A stretch of DNA of 63,815 nt, the filler included, from Cercozoa sp. M6MM (lineage: Eukaryota; Protista; Endomyxa: Ascetosporea): assembly GCA_040357565.1 (NCBI GenBank). It is 11 parts of 11 records of this genome, joined end to end, with 100 filler letters (N's around TTAATTAATTAA, not from the genome) between each part and the next. Parts side by side here need not be neighbours in the genome. Positions count along the whole stretch, not along the records: positions 1 to 6,747 come from JBDODJ010000699.1; positions 6,848 to 14,493 come from JBDODJ010000608.1; 9 more parts are not named here. One strand, written 5' to 3'. The position numbers and the translations under genes were made by a program. Positions within the stretch are counted from its first letter, which is position 1; every line of letters starts with the position of its first letter. A model generated the notes under the pieces. That model saw nothing but the letters and a program-made list of their open reading frames with translations, had not been told where the DNA came from and made no database searches. This document shows positions 1 to 11,818 of this stretch, one piece after another.

Positions 1-50
<50 letters not shown>

Positions 51-70
51 CCAACGACAGTATCAGATGT

Positions 71-732
71 ACCAACAGTCGAACGGGTCGACGCTGTCGC
101 ATTTCTTTTTGAGCGAGAAGCAGCCCACCTTGCCGTCGAGGCATTCCTTCCAAGGCGCGTGCAGCCCCGCATTGACGCTGCAATATGGACAAGCTCAGTC
201 AGTCTTTCATTTACTTTGGAATCAAAAGACGGAATTACTCAATGTCAAAGACCCATTTGCAGAGAGGCGTGTCCCAGCAGTGGCCCTAAAATTGCATAAA
301 TACTGAAACATAAGAATCCTGTCCAAGGGTTTTCTTGTTTAGCAAACCTGGAGACGCACATCGTCATAGCACCCGGGGTAGGGATAGCCATCAGCTACCA
401 ATATCCAAAATGATAAATCTCCCTGCAGCCACTGGCAGTTGTAAATTACTATCACTCAAACTCACCACGGAACCACGGGTTGCACTCTTGTTGCACACGA
501 CCGTAGACAACCTGTTCACCGCAAAAATAGCACTTCTGATCTGTAAACTGAACGATGTAGAGCAACTGACGTATCCAGGCGCGCTGGCGCTGTTATATCC
601 AGACGGGTATGACGGGTACGACGGATACGAAGGGTACGACGAGACTCCATAAGACGGCTCACTGCGACGCATCGGGACTCGCGTCGCACTCACACCGGCA
701 ACAAGGCCCAACATCGCGATTGCTTTCATCAT
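71..732 (-). CDS. Secreted Cys-rich protein with (SYP)n repeat, multi-exon, 3' partial
   Basis: Signal-peptide-like MMKAIAMLGLVAGVSA followed by SYPSYPSYPSYPSGY. GT-AG splicing gives ...GHCWDTPLCKWVFDID/VNAGLHAPWKECLDGKVGCFSLKKKCDSVDPFDC. Runs into a (CA)n intron at the window start. Confidence 0.6.
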
Positions 733-1282
733 CGGCACTTTCTGTTCTTATGCCTGGATTCTAGACTTCCTGTCTCAGACCTACACTTGAGCTCCTCCCA
801 ATTGGACACGGAAAGAACGAAACAATGTATGTGGTGTTTGTGTGGGAGGCTAACGACCAGAACGAGAAGAAAAGAACCGGCGGCCAGCGGACATGCCTCT
901 GACGTGACTCTGGCGTGGTCCAGGGATTCACTAGGACCTGCGCCGGGTTTTGACCCATTCATTACAGAAAACTACCTAGTTTGTCCGGTATGTAGTTTCC
1001 CTGTATTAGTCCTGGTCGTACTCCACGGCTCGCTTCAAGTGGGGCCATCCAACTTCCCTCTGGAAGATCCCCATCTACTTCAAGGTTGGTACAAACTGAC
1101 GTGGCCTATTGCACTGTTACTGTTCGTTTGCGACTCGACTGTATCCGGATCGGACTGATTCCGGTTCAACTTTAACGGTTAAAGTACAATCAGTGGCGAC
1201 TGGGTAGGCGTGGGTGCCGGCCGGTGCCATTGATATTCATTGTGATGTCCAGTCTGTTGCCCAGTCTGTCCTTTGTTGCAGA

Positions 1283-2886
1283 TCAAAACTCGAGGGACCG
1301 TTGCTTGTGATCGTCACAGAACACGAGGCTGTGCACACACCAGACCGAGTAAATTTGTGCAAACACGTGTGCCGATAAACACAGCAAGCGTACAAATCCT
1401 TGGTTTTCCCGGGGTACAGAGGACACCCGACCAACTTCTTGGCACACTGCGCAGACAGACCATAGAACAAAAAGCACCTTTGTGTTTGGGGTTTATCTAA
1501 TTGACAAGTTTACAATCTTGCAGGCGAGACAATCAGCGTGAATCTTGTGATCGCGGAAGTTGACGTAGCGCGACTTGATCGGCCCGTCACACACCTTGCA
1601 GTTCGGCAGCTGCAGTTCCCGCACACACCACACACATGCAGACAACACACTAAAAAGCAGAGAAAGCAGCGAAACTGACAGCGAATAGGTCGTTCCAGCA
1701 AGACGGACAAAAAAACTGCTTTTTCTGACCGTGAAACTTGCGTGAATCGCCCTCAAGTGTCTGCACACATATACAGACATTTCATTCTTGCCAGATAACA
1801 CACACACACACACACACACACACGCGCACACACACAGCCCTCAAAACAAGTCAGTCTACCTGGGCACACCGAGTGCATCGGATGCAGCCGGGATGCCACA
1901 TGAGTTCCTACAGCAGAACAATGGACAAAGTCGAAGCTTTGATGGGAAGCTTACCTTCAGTTCGCCGTCAGTTGCGGCGCGAATCGTGACTCGACTGTAC
2001 ACATGCAACAGCAATCAACAAAACCACGTCGTCCCAATGTTTTTAGGAGGCACACCTGCCCGAGATGACCTCGTGGCACAAATGGCACACGCCGGAATCA
2101 ATGAGTGCAATCGTTGCCTCTGCCTCCTCCTCTTGTTCCTGCAGACAGGAACAGTCTGGAGGGTACACAAGCATTGAGGGCAGCGCAGCGATACCGACTC
2201 GGACTCTTTGTCGGATTCTACATCACTCGGCTCACTCGGTTGCACCCACACTTCGTCCTGTCACACAGCAATACTGGGTGTCTCTTGACATCCACAGTGG
2301 AAGCATGCGATCGGAAGAGCAAACCTCACTGTCGAAATCGTCGTTCGAGTGACTATCTTCCGCGTTACCGGCTGCTCCCAACGGCACAACAGGAATGCTG
2401 GGGATGCCGGGTGCCTCGCCCTGAGAAAACCAAACTCTTAGAACTCAAAGATCAACGGTGTTCAAAACATTCATGTGCACCCAGTACCGCATCATTGTCG
2501 GACTCAGATTCGTGCACGCCAAAATCGTCGTCCAGCACGACAATTTCATCCTCGTCGCTTTCATCGGCAGGACTCTGTCGACGCACAGGCAAATGGAAAA
2601 ATAATCTAAGTTGCAGCAACAGCAAGAGGCGATTAAAGGCAAGAAATACAATGTTCAGGGTCGAATGGATCGTGTTGGCCACAGCTCGCAGCATAGCAGC
2701 TGTTCTCTCCGCTTCCTCTTCAGCACGGCGTTTGGCTGCCTGTGCACACATCAACGAATTTACTCGTATCCTTCCAAGTGCTCGCACGTATACCTGCGCC
2801 TCTGATGTGTCAGGCAGGCTCGGTGGTGGCGGCAGTGCCTTCTTGGGAGCACGCGGCAACTTCTTCTTGGGTCCACGCGGAGGCAT
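1283..2886 (-). CDS. Two-LIM-domain protein with Pro-rich/acidic N-terminus (zyxin/paxillin-like)
   Basis: Spliced LIM1 CHLCHEVISG...WHPGCIRCTRC...FCPSC and LIM2 CKVCDGPI...IHADCLACKIC...FCDDH, ending KQRSLEF*. N-terminus MPPRGPKKKLPRAPKKALPPPPSLP. Confidence 0.8.
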
Positions 2887-3182
2887 CTCTGTCAGAACTG
2901 ATGCGACCACAAATATCGGAAACCCGATAAATAACCAGTTTGATCAGTTTCTGTTAGAATTGCCCAAGGTCACGGCCGCGAGTGCCCAGTGTGTACAAGG
3001 CCAGAAATCACCTCGAAGCAAGGAAACTATGATTAGAACGTTGTTGTGTTTCACAAACAACATTTTTGCACCGTACAAACGGACGGTCCTTTCTGGTTTG
3101 GGTGTGGCTCTCGGCTGAGCCATGAGCCGACGTGTCGACAGTTCGCCGCCACAGCCGCCGTGCGAGCGTTCGCAGAGCTTCC

Positions 3183-3857
3183 ATGCAGAGACTGGTTTGG
3201 GCGGCAGCCAAGTCGCGTGCAGGTGCGTGATGCGAAAAAGCCCCCACCAAAACAAAAAACTGAACACGCGGGTTTTTGTGTGAGGGCGTGTTGTGCCAAA
3301 AGCTAAGTTCTGAGTGCGCGCAGGATCGCGTTCAGCTTCTAAGGGATTTGCCGGTGGCTTCCTCGACCGCTTCAGACAGAACGTGGCTCCGAAAACTGAG
3401 GAGAGCAGCGTTGATGCGGTGAAGCAGGTACCACGCTCCTTGTGTGTGTATGTCTGTGTCTGTGTCTGTGTCTGTGTCTGTGTCTGTGTCTGTGTCTGTG
3501 TCTGTGTCTGTGTCTGTGTCTGTGTGTGTGTGTGTGTGTGTGTGTCTGTGTGTTGTGTGTGTTTAAGTGTTGGTTCTGGTTGCACAGGAGCAGGAGAAGG
3601 AGAGCGTGGCGACGCGTTTCGTGTCGCAGTACCCGGCCAGCTGGGGCGACGTGCCGCTCACATCGGGTGCGCCGCACATCGCCGAGGATCTGCACTGGTA
3701 CATTGCAGCGCACAGCCCCTTGGGGTATCAGTTTATCGCTTGTGCCACAACACACTGNNNNNNNNNNNNNNNNNNNNNNNNNNNNNNNNNNNNNNNNNNN
3801 NNNNNNNNNNNNNNNNNNNNNNNNNNNNNNNNNNNNNNNNNNNNNNNNNNNNNNNNN

Positions 3858-3904
<47 letters not shown>

Positions 3905-4352
3905 TACTAATACATGCAGTACGGCGAGTCACGCGCCTTTGTGCGTACGTCGTACAAGAAGCTGAAGCTGTGGTCGCACACCTGGTCAAAGGTACTTGTT
4001 ATTACATATCAACATCAACTTTCCCGATATATAACCCCCCCCCCCACCGACAGAGTGTGCCCGTGGACGAGGCGCTGCTGCAGCTGTGGCTGTCCAAGAA
4101 GCGCTACGCGCGCCAGCTGCGCACGGCCGTGATGCGCGCTCGCGACGAGGCCATCGCTGCCGGTATATACAGATAGATACACATACATAATATGTATACA
4201 TTTATATATACATATATATATATACATGTGTGTATGTGCAGGCCACGACCCGGCCAAGCTAGTGGTGCACGCCGCCATGATCGGCCCGGGCCCGCGCAAG
4301 AAGTCGGTTAGCTACCGCGGTCGTGGCAAGGTGCCCTGTGTTTGTAAACCTA

Positions 4353-4391
<39 letters not shown>

Positions 4392-4493
4392 TAATGTGCA
4401 ATTCTCAGGTCGATCTGGTGCAACACCGCACGTCGGTCGTAATTGTGCGCGTTGGTCAGACCGAGGGTAGGCTGTGTGTGTGTGTGTATGTGT

Positions 4494-4536
<43 letters not shown>

Positions 4537-5079
4537 TGTGTGTTTGAGTGTGTGCAGCCAAGAACAAGCAGGAGCAGCAGCGACGCAACCGCATGCGCCG
4601 ACTCAGACTCGTGCAGGTACGGATTCTTGTGCCTGTCCCGACTAGACAGACCTTGTGTACCTCCACATGCTTCTGCACTTGCACACAGGAGCACGGCGAG
4701 CGACGACAGCAAGTGCGCAACAAGCTGCTGCACATCGACCAGCAGCTCAACGAGGTTCCTTCTATCTCTATACTCTGTATATTACATATATATATATATA
4801 TGTATATCTATACGTGTATATTATTATGTGTGTGTGTGTGTTTTCGGCAGGGCCGTATCTCGCAGGCGCAGCACGACACACTGCGGGAAGCCGAGCTCCG
4901 CGAGGTGCCGCTGTCTATATATATGCGTATATAAATATATATATATCTGTATTATATATTGTGTATATTTATGTATGCAGGCCGATGCGCTGCTGATGCA
5001 CGCGCGCCAGGAGCTGCCGGACCTGCAAAGTCCCGACACGTTCCAGGGGTAGGCCTCCCCGCCTCCATACGCATGTGTT

Positions 5080-5155
<76 letters not shown>

Positions 5156-5361
5156 TGTGTGTATCTGTGCGTATGTATGTATATAAAATTCTACTGATTT
5201 ATGTATGTTGTTGCAACTACAGCAAGCAGCGTGCCTTCCGTCACCGCAGCCAGAAGCTCTGGCTCGAGCAGAGGAGAGCCGGTACATTGTCCTTCCCTTA
5301 CCCCTGCCCCTACCCATATGTGTGCTTTCCGTGCGGCGATACAGAGATGTCGACCGAGTAG
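3183..5361 (+). CDS. MRPL22: Mitochondrial ribosomal protein uL22m, about 10 exons, spans a 100-N gap
   Basis: Presequence-like MQRLVWAAAKSRAGSRS. Spliced core SRAFVRTSYKKLKLW../SVPVDEALLQLWLSKKRYA../GHDPAKLVVHAAMIGPGPRKKSVSYRGRGK/VDLVQHRTSVVIVRV matches the L22 pattern. Confidence 0.8.
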
Positions 5362-5574
5362 ACGGCGTCCGCAGGGCCTGTACTACTTCATTTCACCAAC
5401 GCGAGCGCCGATCGCGGCCGCTGCCTGTACTGAGCACATCCGCGCGTCCGTATGCAGTCATTTTGGGTCATCTCAGAGCCAACGAAAACAGGCTGCTTAT
5501 AAAACATGTGTCCATGTGTCGATGCTACTATTGCGTACGAGGGTCACTGGGTGGACCCACCGGCGCGGGGGTCT

Positions 5575-6442
5575 TTACAGGTCGTAGGTCTCGTCGTTTT
5601 GCCAGTCCTTGGAGTGCGAGAGCACAATGGCGCGACCAATGGCTCGGATCCAGTCCTCCTGCACAGACGCGCACATTATTCTGGTCGAACAAGGTTGTCC
5701 AAACAGACAAGGCAGTCGTACTTTGGATGAGTCCGACTCGGCCACCATGGAGAAACGCATCTCGGACGAGTAAACATCGAAGCTGTGTGGCCGGTTCGTG
5801 AAGTCCTCGCTCGACTTGACCTAACAACGCGGGAGGGGGTAAAGGGGAGGGTAAGGGGAGGGTAATGAAGGTAAGGGGAAAAACTACAGAGGAGAAGACG
5901 CGCAGGTCGATGGCCTCGGTCGGTGCCTCGTAGACACCACCCTGGCCGGCCGACTGAGATGCACAACTCACAGTGAACAATTGAACAAGCAAAGCGACAA
6001 ATAACGACGGCAAAAAGGCACCTTGAAACTGTACAGTTTGCATCCGTGCAGGACAAACCAGCGTCGTCGCCACCGGCCTAATTTGAACCATGCACAAAAA
6101 CTGATATGTTTCTAGAGGCACCTTGATATACCAAGGTGCCGCGACTTCTTCTCAAGCCAGCCCTCCTTCGTGGGGTTCTCGATTCGCAGCTGCACGCACA
6201 GATGACATCATACCCACCACAAACTCATCGCAACATGCATGCACTCCAAAGAAACTAAATGCGTGCTGTCCTGATACTAAATCTCAAACAAAGCAGTGCA
6301 CAGGTGTGCACAGTGCTCGTTTCGAGCCAGCGTCAAATTTCCCACCGCCAGGCACACTCTAACGCAGCAGCCAAAAAAACAAGAAGAAAAAAGAAATAAT
6401 CTCTCGGTGGCTGGCAAAACGCACGGTGTTGCTGGAGCTCAT
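5575..6442 (-). CDS. Small PH-domain protein (start uncertain)
   Basis: Spliced KEGWLEKKSRHLG/RWRRRWFVLHGCKLYSFK/...IDLR...HSFDV...FSMVAESDSSK/EDWIRAI is a canonical PH domain. Confidence 0.85.
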
Positions 6443-6683
6443 TAGGCCGTTCAATTCGTAGTACAGAGCACTGCCCCTACATGCACACACGGGTGTTTCG
6501 TGGTCGTACTCAACATGGGCTCCGCAGGTCGGCTCCTGAGCCGGTGTAGGAGAAAAGTCGTGATGGCCCAGCTGCAGCTCCACAAGAGTTCGTGTGAGGT
6601 GTTCGTCTGCAGTCCCTTCACAGACCGGTAAGATTTTCCGTGTGTGTCGCCGTTTGTGGTGTATTTCGGTACCGATGTTTGTG

Positions 6684-6747
<64 letters not shown>

Positions 6748-6847
6748 NNNNNNNNNNNNNNNNNNNNNNNNNNNNNNNNNNNNNNNNNNNNTTAATTAAT
6801 TAANNNNNNNNNNNNNNNNNNNNNNNNNNNNNNNNNNNNNNNNNNNN
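6748..6847. other. Artificial contig spacer N44-TTAATTAATTAA-N44 (also at 14494, 17287, 33929, 35584, 38653, 44562, 49831, 52326, 58521)
   Basis: Identical 100-nt structure ten times, with stops in all six frames. Genes are cut at each one. Confidence 0.97.
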
Positions 6848-9800
6848 GCAAGTACAAACGGAGGTTTCGACACTGCGCGTGTTGCTGTCGATGTTGCTCG
6901 GCGTATTTGTCGCACTCGTATTGTTGTTGTTTCTGTTGTTGTTGCTGTTGTTGTTGTTGCTGTTGTTGTTGTTTCTGTTGTTGTTGTTTCTGTTGTTGTT
7001 GTTGTTTCTGTTGTTGTTTTTCTGGCCGCGCTGCGAGTGCAGTAGCAGAGGATCCGGAGTGACCGCCAGGTCCGCCTGGAAGGGAGGGTATGAGGGCTAA
7101 ATGGCTAAAGGGTGAGGGGGGTAAAATACATGTTCATGCTGCTCGGCGTGTTTTCGTCGTTGCCGTCGCTGTCGCTTCGTCTGCCGTTTCTGAGGAGGTA
7201 AGGGGGGGGTAAAAGGGGGGTAAGGGGGTAAAAGAGGTAGGGGTAAGAGGGGGTGAAGATCCACCTCGAGCTCTTCCACGAGTTTGCGAAAGTCGCGCAG
7301 CATGTTGTTCTGAACGACTGCCTGCGCACATACTGACATCTTACCCCCTCATTACCCCCATTACACCCCCCCCCCGAGGAAGAGCACCTGGGAGAGCTGT
7401 TCGGAGTCGACGACAGGCGACCGACTGTGCGCCGGGCACTGCGTGTACAAAGAGTTTTACCCTCGCCCCCCCCCCCCCTACCCCCTTACCCCCTGTACGC
7501 TCTACCCAGTACGCTCTACCCAGTCAGTGTCGGTGTAGTCCTGCAGAGCGACACTCAAAGGCACGGCATTCGGCGAGCGTCCGCGCGGAACCTTCTCCAC
7601 GACGTCGCGCGGCCACTTGTGAATCATCTCGTCCAGTGGCAGGTTCACACCTTCACACAAAGGGGTAAGAAAAGGGGTAGGGGGGGCAAAAACAATACCA
7701 AGCTCGTGCCAGTCGTAGCCAGTGACCGAACGAAAGAAAACGTCGAATTTGTTCAAAAACAGAATTGTCGTGCAGTCGTCAAAAGCCGGCATGTTGACCA
7801 CATCGCGGAACAAGGCCAACGACTCGTACAGAGCATTCACGCCTGCTCAGCACACCCACACACACATGTACACACGTCTAGTTTAATTAGTTAAAACCAG
7901 CCCTATCACGCAGAAAATACGAAAAAACAGAAAAGAAAGACGCTGCAACCTTCATCCTCGGCCAGCAGTTCGCGGTACGAGTTCAGCGATGCAACAAACA
8001 CGACGGCCGACACCTAGAGTTATACCACACATACCAGGGTATAAGTTCCTACACAAAAATAGCATCGTCAGAATGGCAATACATCGGGTTGTAAGACGTG
8101 CATCCACTTCATTCGCTCACATCTGGAAAGACACATAAGGTCTGGAATTGCACTGACTGAGTGGGGGAGGTACCTCTGACCACCGACATCAACGAGCTCG
8201 AGTCTCAGATTCCGACTGTTTCGGTTGATCAACTTCTGTCCACGGTACAGACAGGACTTACATGTAATCACACTGCATGCGCAAAATACCGAAGCAACAC
8301 GACCGAAGAATCCGGGTCGGCCGAGTCCCACTGTAGCCACATGAGCATTGTGTGTTAATTCGGCTGTCTCAAGTTACAGCAGAACTTACTTTTCTGCAAG
8401 GCAGCCTCGTCGCCACGCGTGATGCGCACCTGGTCAACCTCTCGCCGGTGGTTCTGTAGTACACAACGAAAGCCCGTGAGGCAGGGCATGATAAGAGCAG
8501 CAGTTGAGTGGACTGATACGTAGGCAGCGAGCGAGGTGACAGCGTGCAGTGTGTTGAGTCTAAAGTCAGGCTTGCGCATGATCTCGTTCGTGTGGCGTTG
8601 GGCCATCTGCAACACACGCATAACATGCTCACGCAGAGTAGACTCAGAGAAGCGCGAGGTACCATCATGAGAGTGGCGCGGTATTTATATTCATAGAACA
8701 AGCGCAGCTGCACAAAGTCTATCTCGCTGCGCATGATGCCGGTCGTCCGCGTCCTTAATCGCAGAATGTCCTGTACATTTGGACATGCTAACGCCTTGAT
8801 ACAAGGTGTGCACAAAGTAGACACACCTGCTCAGTGGGCCAGTACTCGGGATGCGCGATTCGCACCATGCGTTTCATAAAGTAGTCAAGCGAGTCTTGAA
8901 TCTCGAATCGATGGCTGAGGCAGGTGGGAAGGAACACAAGGCTTACAGGGGGAGGATATAGGAAGAGACAAACAACTCATGTACCGATGACGAAACATCT
9001 CCTGCACTACAGGAAGTTCCCACACGATGTGCGCATACTCGGGCGTATTGATCGTCCACTGTCCCGATACAACCGTGTCACAGTGTACATAGTGTGTACA
9101 TAAAGACGTGTGTGTTTGTACCTGCTCGTTGCCTTCGTAGCTGGGAGAACAGAAGCCCACTGGCCGTGCTGCTCCGTCCCTGCGCCGTCGGTTCTTCCTG
9201 TGCAGGCGAGCATGTGTGTGTCAGGTCACTGTGTGTCTTAGATGGTGCAGAAGAGTACATGTAGTTGGCGTATTGCGCCTCGAGATCCCGTACCTCCAGA
9301 GCACTCCGCATCTCGGCAAAGTGGTTCAGTGCGAGCCACACCTGTCTCAGGTGCAACATGATAACACCACTTGCACCACACCAGCAGACGTAGACACCTG
9401 CAGATAAAGAAGTCTGCACATACCAATTTGACATGCCTTCTCCTTTCGTGGATCTCTTGTGGTGTCATTCGCTTCATTTCCTGCAGCACAAGAGACTGCA
9501 TTCACCGGCAACATTTTCTCTGACACAGCACTACCGCAGGGGTTGGCAGCCGTGGCAGTCGCAAGTTCTCGGCCTCCGTCAACTGGAGCGTGCCTCCCAA
9601 CCTACACACACACACATACATACACACACATGCTGTGTCTACACAAAGCACACAAAGGCAGAAAGATACCACGTGTCCAACGCATTGGACTGCGCCGTAC
9701 ATCGCATGCGTGCCAGCAGCTAAGTTTACATTCCAACTATGTACCCTACAGAGTGAGCCACACACTATGTACCTGTGGAGTCTCTTCAAAATGCAAGGCA

Positions 9801-10504
9801 TTGACAATCTGTACACACCGTTCCTGTAAACAGAGTATTTTAACACAGTGACTACACACTACCATTCCGTTGGCGATTAAAACGGCCCTGCAGATGCGCA
9901 CTAACTCGGCCTATGACCACACAATAACTGTATCAAGGCATAGATGCAGCTTGACTCAAGAAAGCTGTCCGTGTACCTGTATGTTTTGTCGTATAATGGG
10001 TACGTAGTTGCTCTTTTGCGCATTTGTAAAGCCGCCCTGAGCGCACATATACAACTCGACTTGAGAACAGCACATAAAAGACGAACACGACTGTCAATAT
10101 ACCCGAAACAGCAGCTGCGAGTGCTTAACCATCGTGGTCTTGCCGCTGCCGCCAGCACCAAACAGCAGTATCGTTCTGCGCAAGAGACAGATACAGCAAG
10201 TATGAATTTATATACACATCAGATACAGCAAGATGGCATGAGGAACAGCGTACTTTCGCCGCTGTGATAGACCCAGTTGCAGGCCCTATCACACACACAC
10301 ACACACAAAAAGAGTCACGCAGAACCCCACCCACAAATACACACAAGAGCAACAAACCTGTTGCATGGCGAAGTCGACGCCACTTTGGTAGTCCTTCCCT
10401 CGCTGATCCTGCCAGAGGATACATCGTATCTATCTCAGCAAACAAAGAACCAATGTTACATCTGGCGTGGGCTGCCTGCCAACACATGAGAACATGTGCG
10501 GCAT
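6848..10504 (-). CDS. Atypical heterotrimeric G-protein alpha subunit, 3' partial, start uncertain
   Basis: G1 ILLFGAGGSGKTTMVKH (about 10115-10175), G2 DILRLRTRTTGI, G3 DVGGQR/CERMKWMHV, VFVASL, G4 ILFLNKFD. Confidence 0.88.
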
Positions 10505-11062
10505 CTTTCGGCCGCTACGATCCGAGTCTACATAAATAATATTCTGGTGCGTCAATATCCTCTGAAATGCGGTGTACCTCCAGGCGTTTGCACAGCGCTG
10601 GCACGTGACGTAAGCGGCTCGCACACAACGCAGACACAAGTCAAAGCGTCTCTAGCGACAGCGATCAGTCTGCCAGCGCTTTGATTGCTTTTGATCACGG
10701 CTTGGAGTGAAAGAAGTAGTGCGTCAGTCATCTTCTATTCTTTTTTCTACTGTATCAATATCCAGTGCTGAGTGCCCGTTGCTCATCAGTCGTCATCATC
10801 AAATTTGCCATTTGTTCAGCACCGTGCGAAGTCTGCTCGCGTTGTGGTTCTTTGGTTCTCGTTCTTAAGTCTGGAGACGAGAGACGGGCTCCGAGTTGTC
10901 GTTTCATCGCACTGATTTTTTACTCCCGTCCGAGTCACGGCCGTTGGCAGAGCAGTGCCGACTAGGAGTTTGACCGAATTTGTTTCAACAACGACTACAA
11001 TGCAAAAAGCAATCGAATGCAAATATACAATGACGTGAAGCGTTGCGCATCTTCAGGGTTAC

Positions 11063-11471
11063 TCAGAAGTCACTGCAACGGCCGCCCTTTTCCCAGTCAT
11101 TGAACCTGCGCAGATTTCAAATTAACATCCCAAGAGTATCAAAACAGCATACCTTGTAGGCTCAAGGCCCTTGGGGCCGTTGAACTCGACGTCGCCAAAG
11201 TCGGTGACACGCGCATTCTCGGGCAGCCGCTTGTCCTCAGGCTCGGATTCCTTTTCGTCAAGGCCTTGCTCCTGCTGCTGGGTACCCTCCTGCGCTTCAC
11301 TCGTCACATCCTCGTTGACTGTTTTACTGCTCGGCACGTCAACATGCGTCGAAAAACTCAGACACGACCGACTGTCAAACAAGAAGATGAGTTACTTTTC
11401 CAGAAAAAACGCAAAGAGTCACACAAAAAGTACGAGATGAGGGTGGGCACCCGACGCGTTAAAGACAGCAT
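11063..11471 (-). CDS. SDHAF4: Succinate dehydrogenase assembly factor 4 (DUF1674), 3 exons
   Basis: C-terminal signature EFNGPKGLEPTR/FNDWEKGGRCSDF*. Presequence-like MLSLTRRVPTLISRS. Confidence 0.9.
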
Positions 11472-11818
11472 TAACCAATTTCTGACAAAAATTCACGCCA
11501 GATAAGAGGTCACAACTACGAATGATTCTTGCGGACATCTTCTGGCGCGCGTTTTACCTTTTTGTTTCGCCCGTTTCGGAGATGGCTAACCAAAGTGAGA
11601 ACTTTGACCTTTCTCTGCGAGCATAGCCCGAAAATATCCACCCACAGCCCGTAACTAGTTGCACCTTCTTGTGCCCAGTTTGCAATCAAGAAAGCTCAGC
11701 TCGAGTGAACACTGTCATTCCGTTTCACACCCACAGGGAACTTCATCCGGTAACCAACGCTCCGACCGTCACAGAACCGAAACCAATCAAGTGTTTTGGA
11801 TAAAGAGAGTTTAAAAAA

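Noticed and set aside
3314-5361. Many ORFs of poly-(VC), (HT) or (LS)
   Set aside because: Translations of intronic microsatellites and gaps.
6792-6803. Palindromic TTAATTAATTAA repeated ten times
   Set aside because: Always centred in N runs. It is an artificial six-frame-stop contig linker, so no gene clustering was inferred across it.
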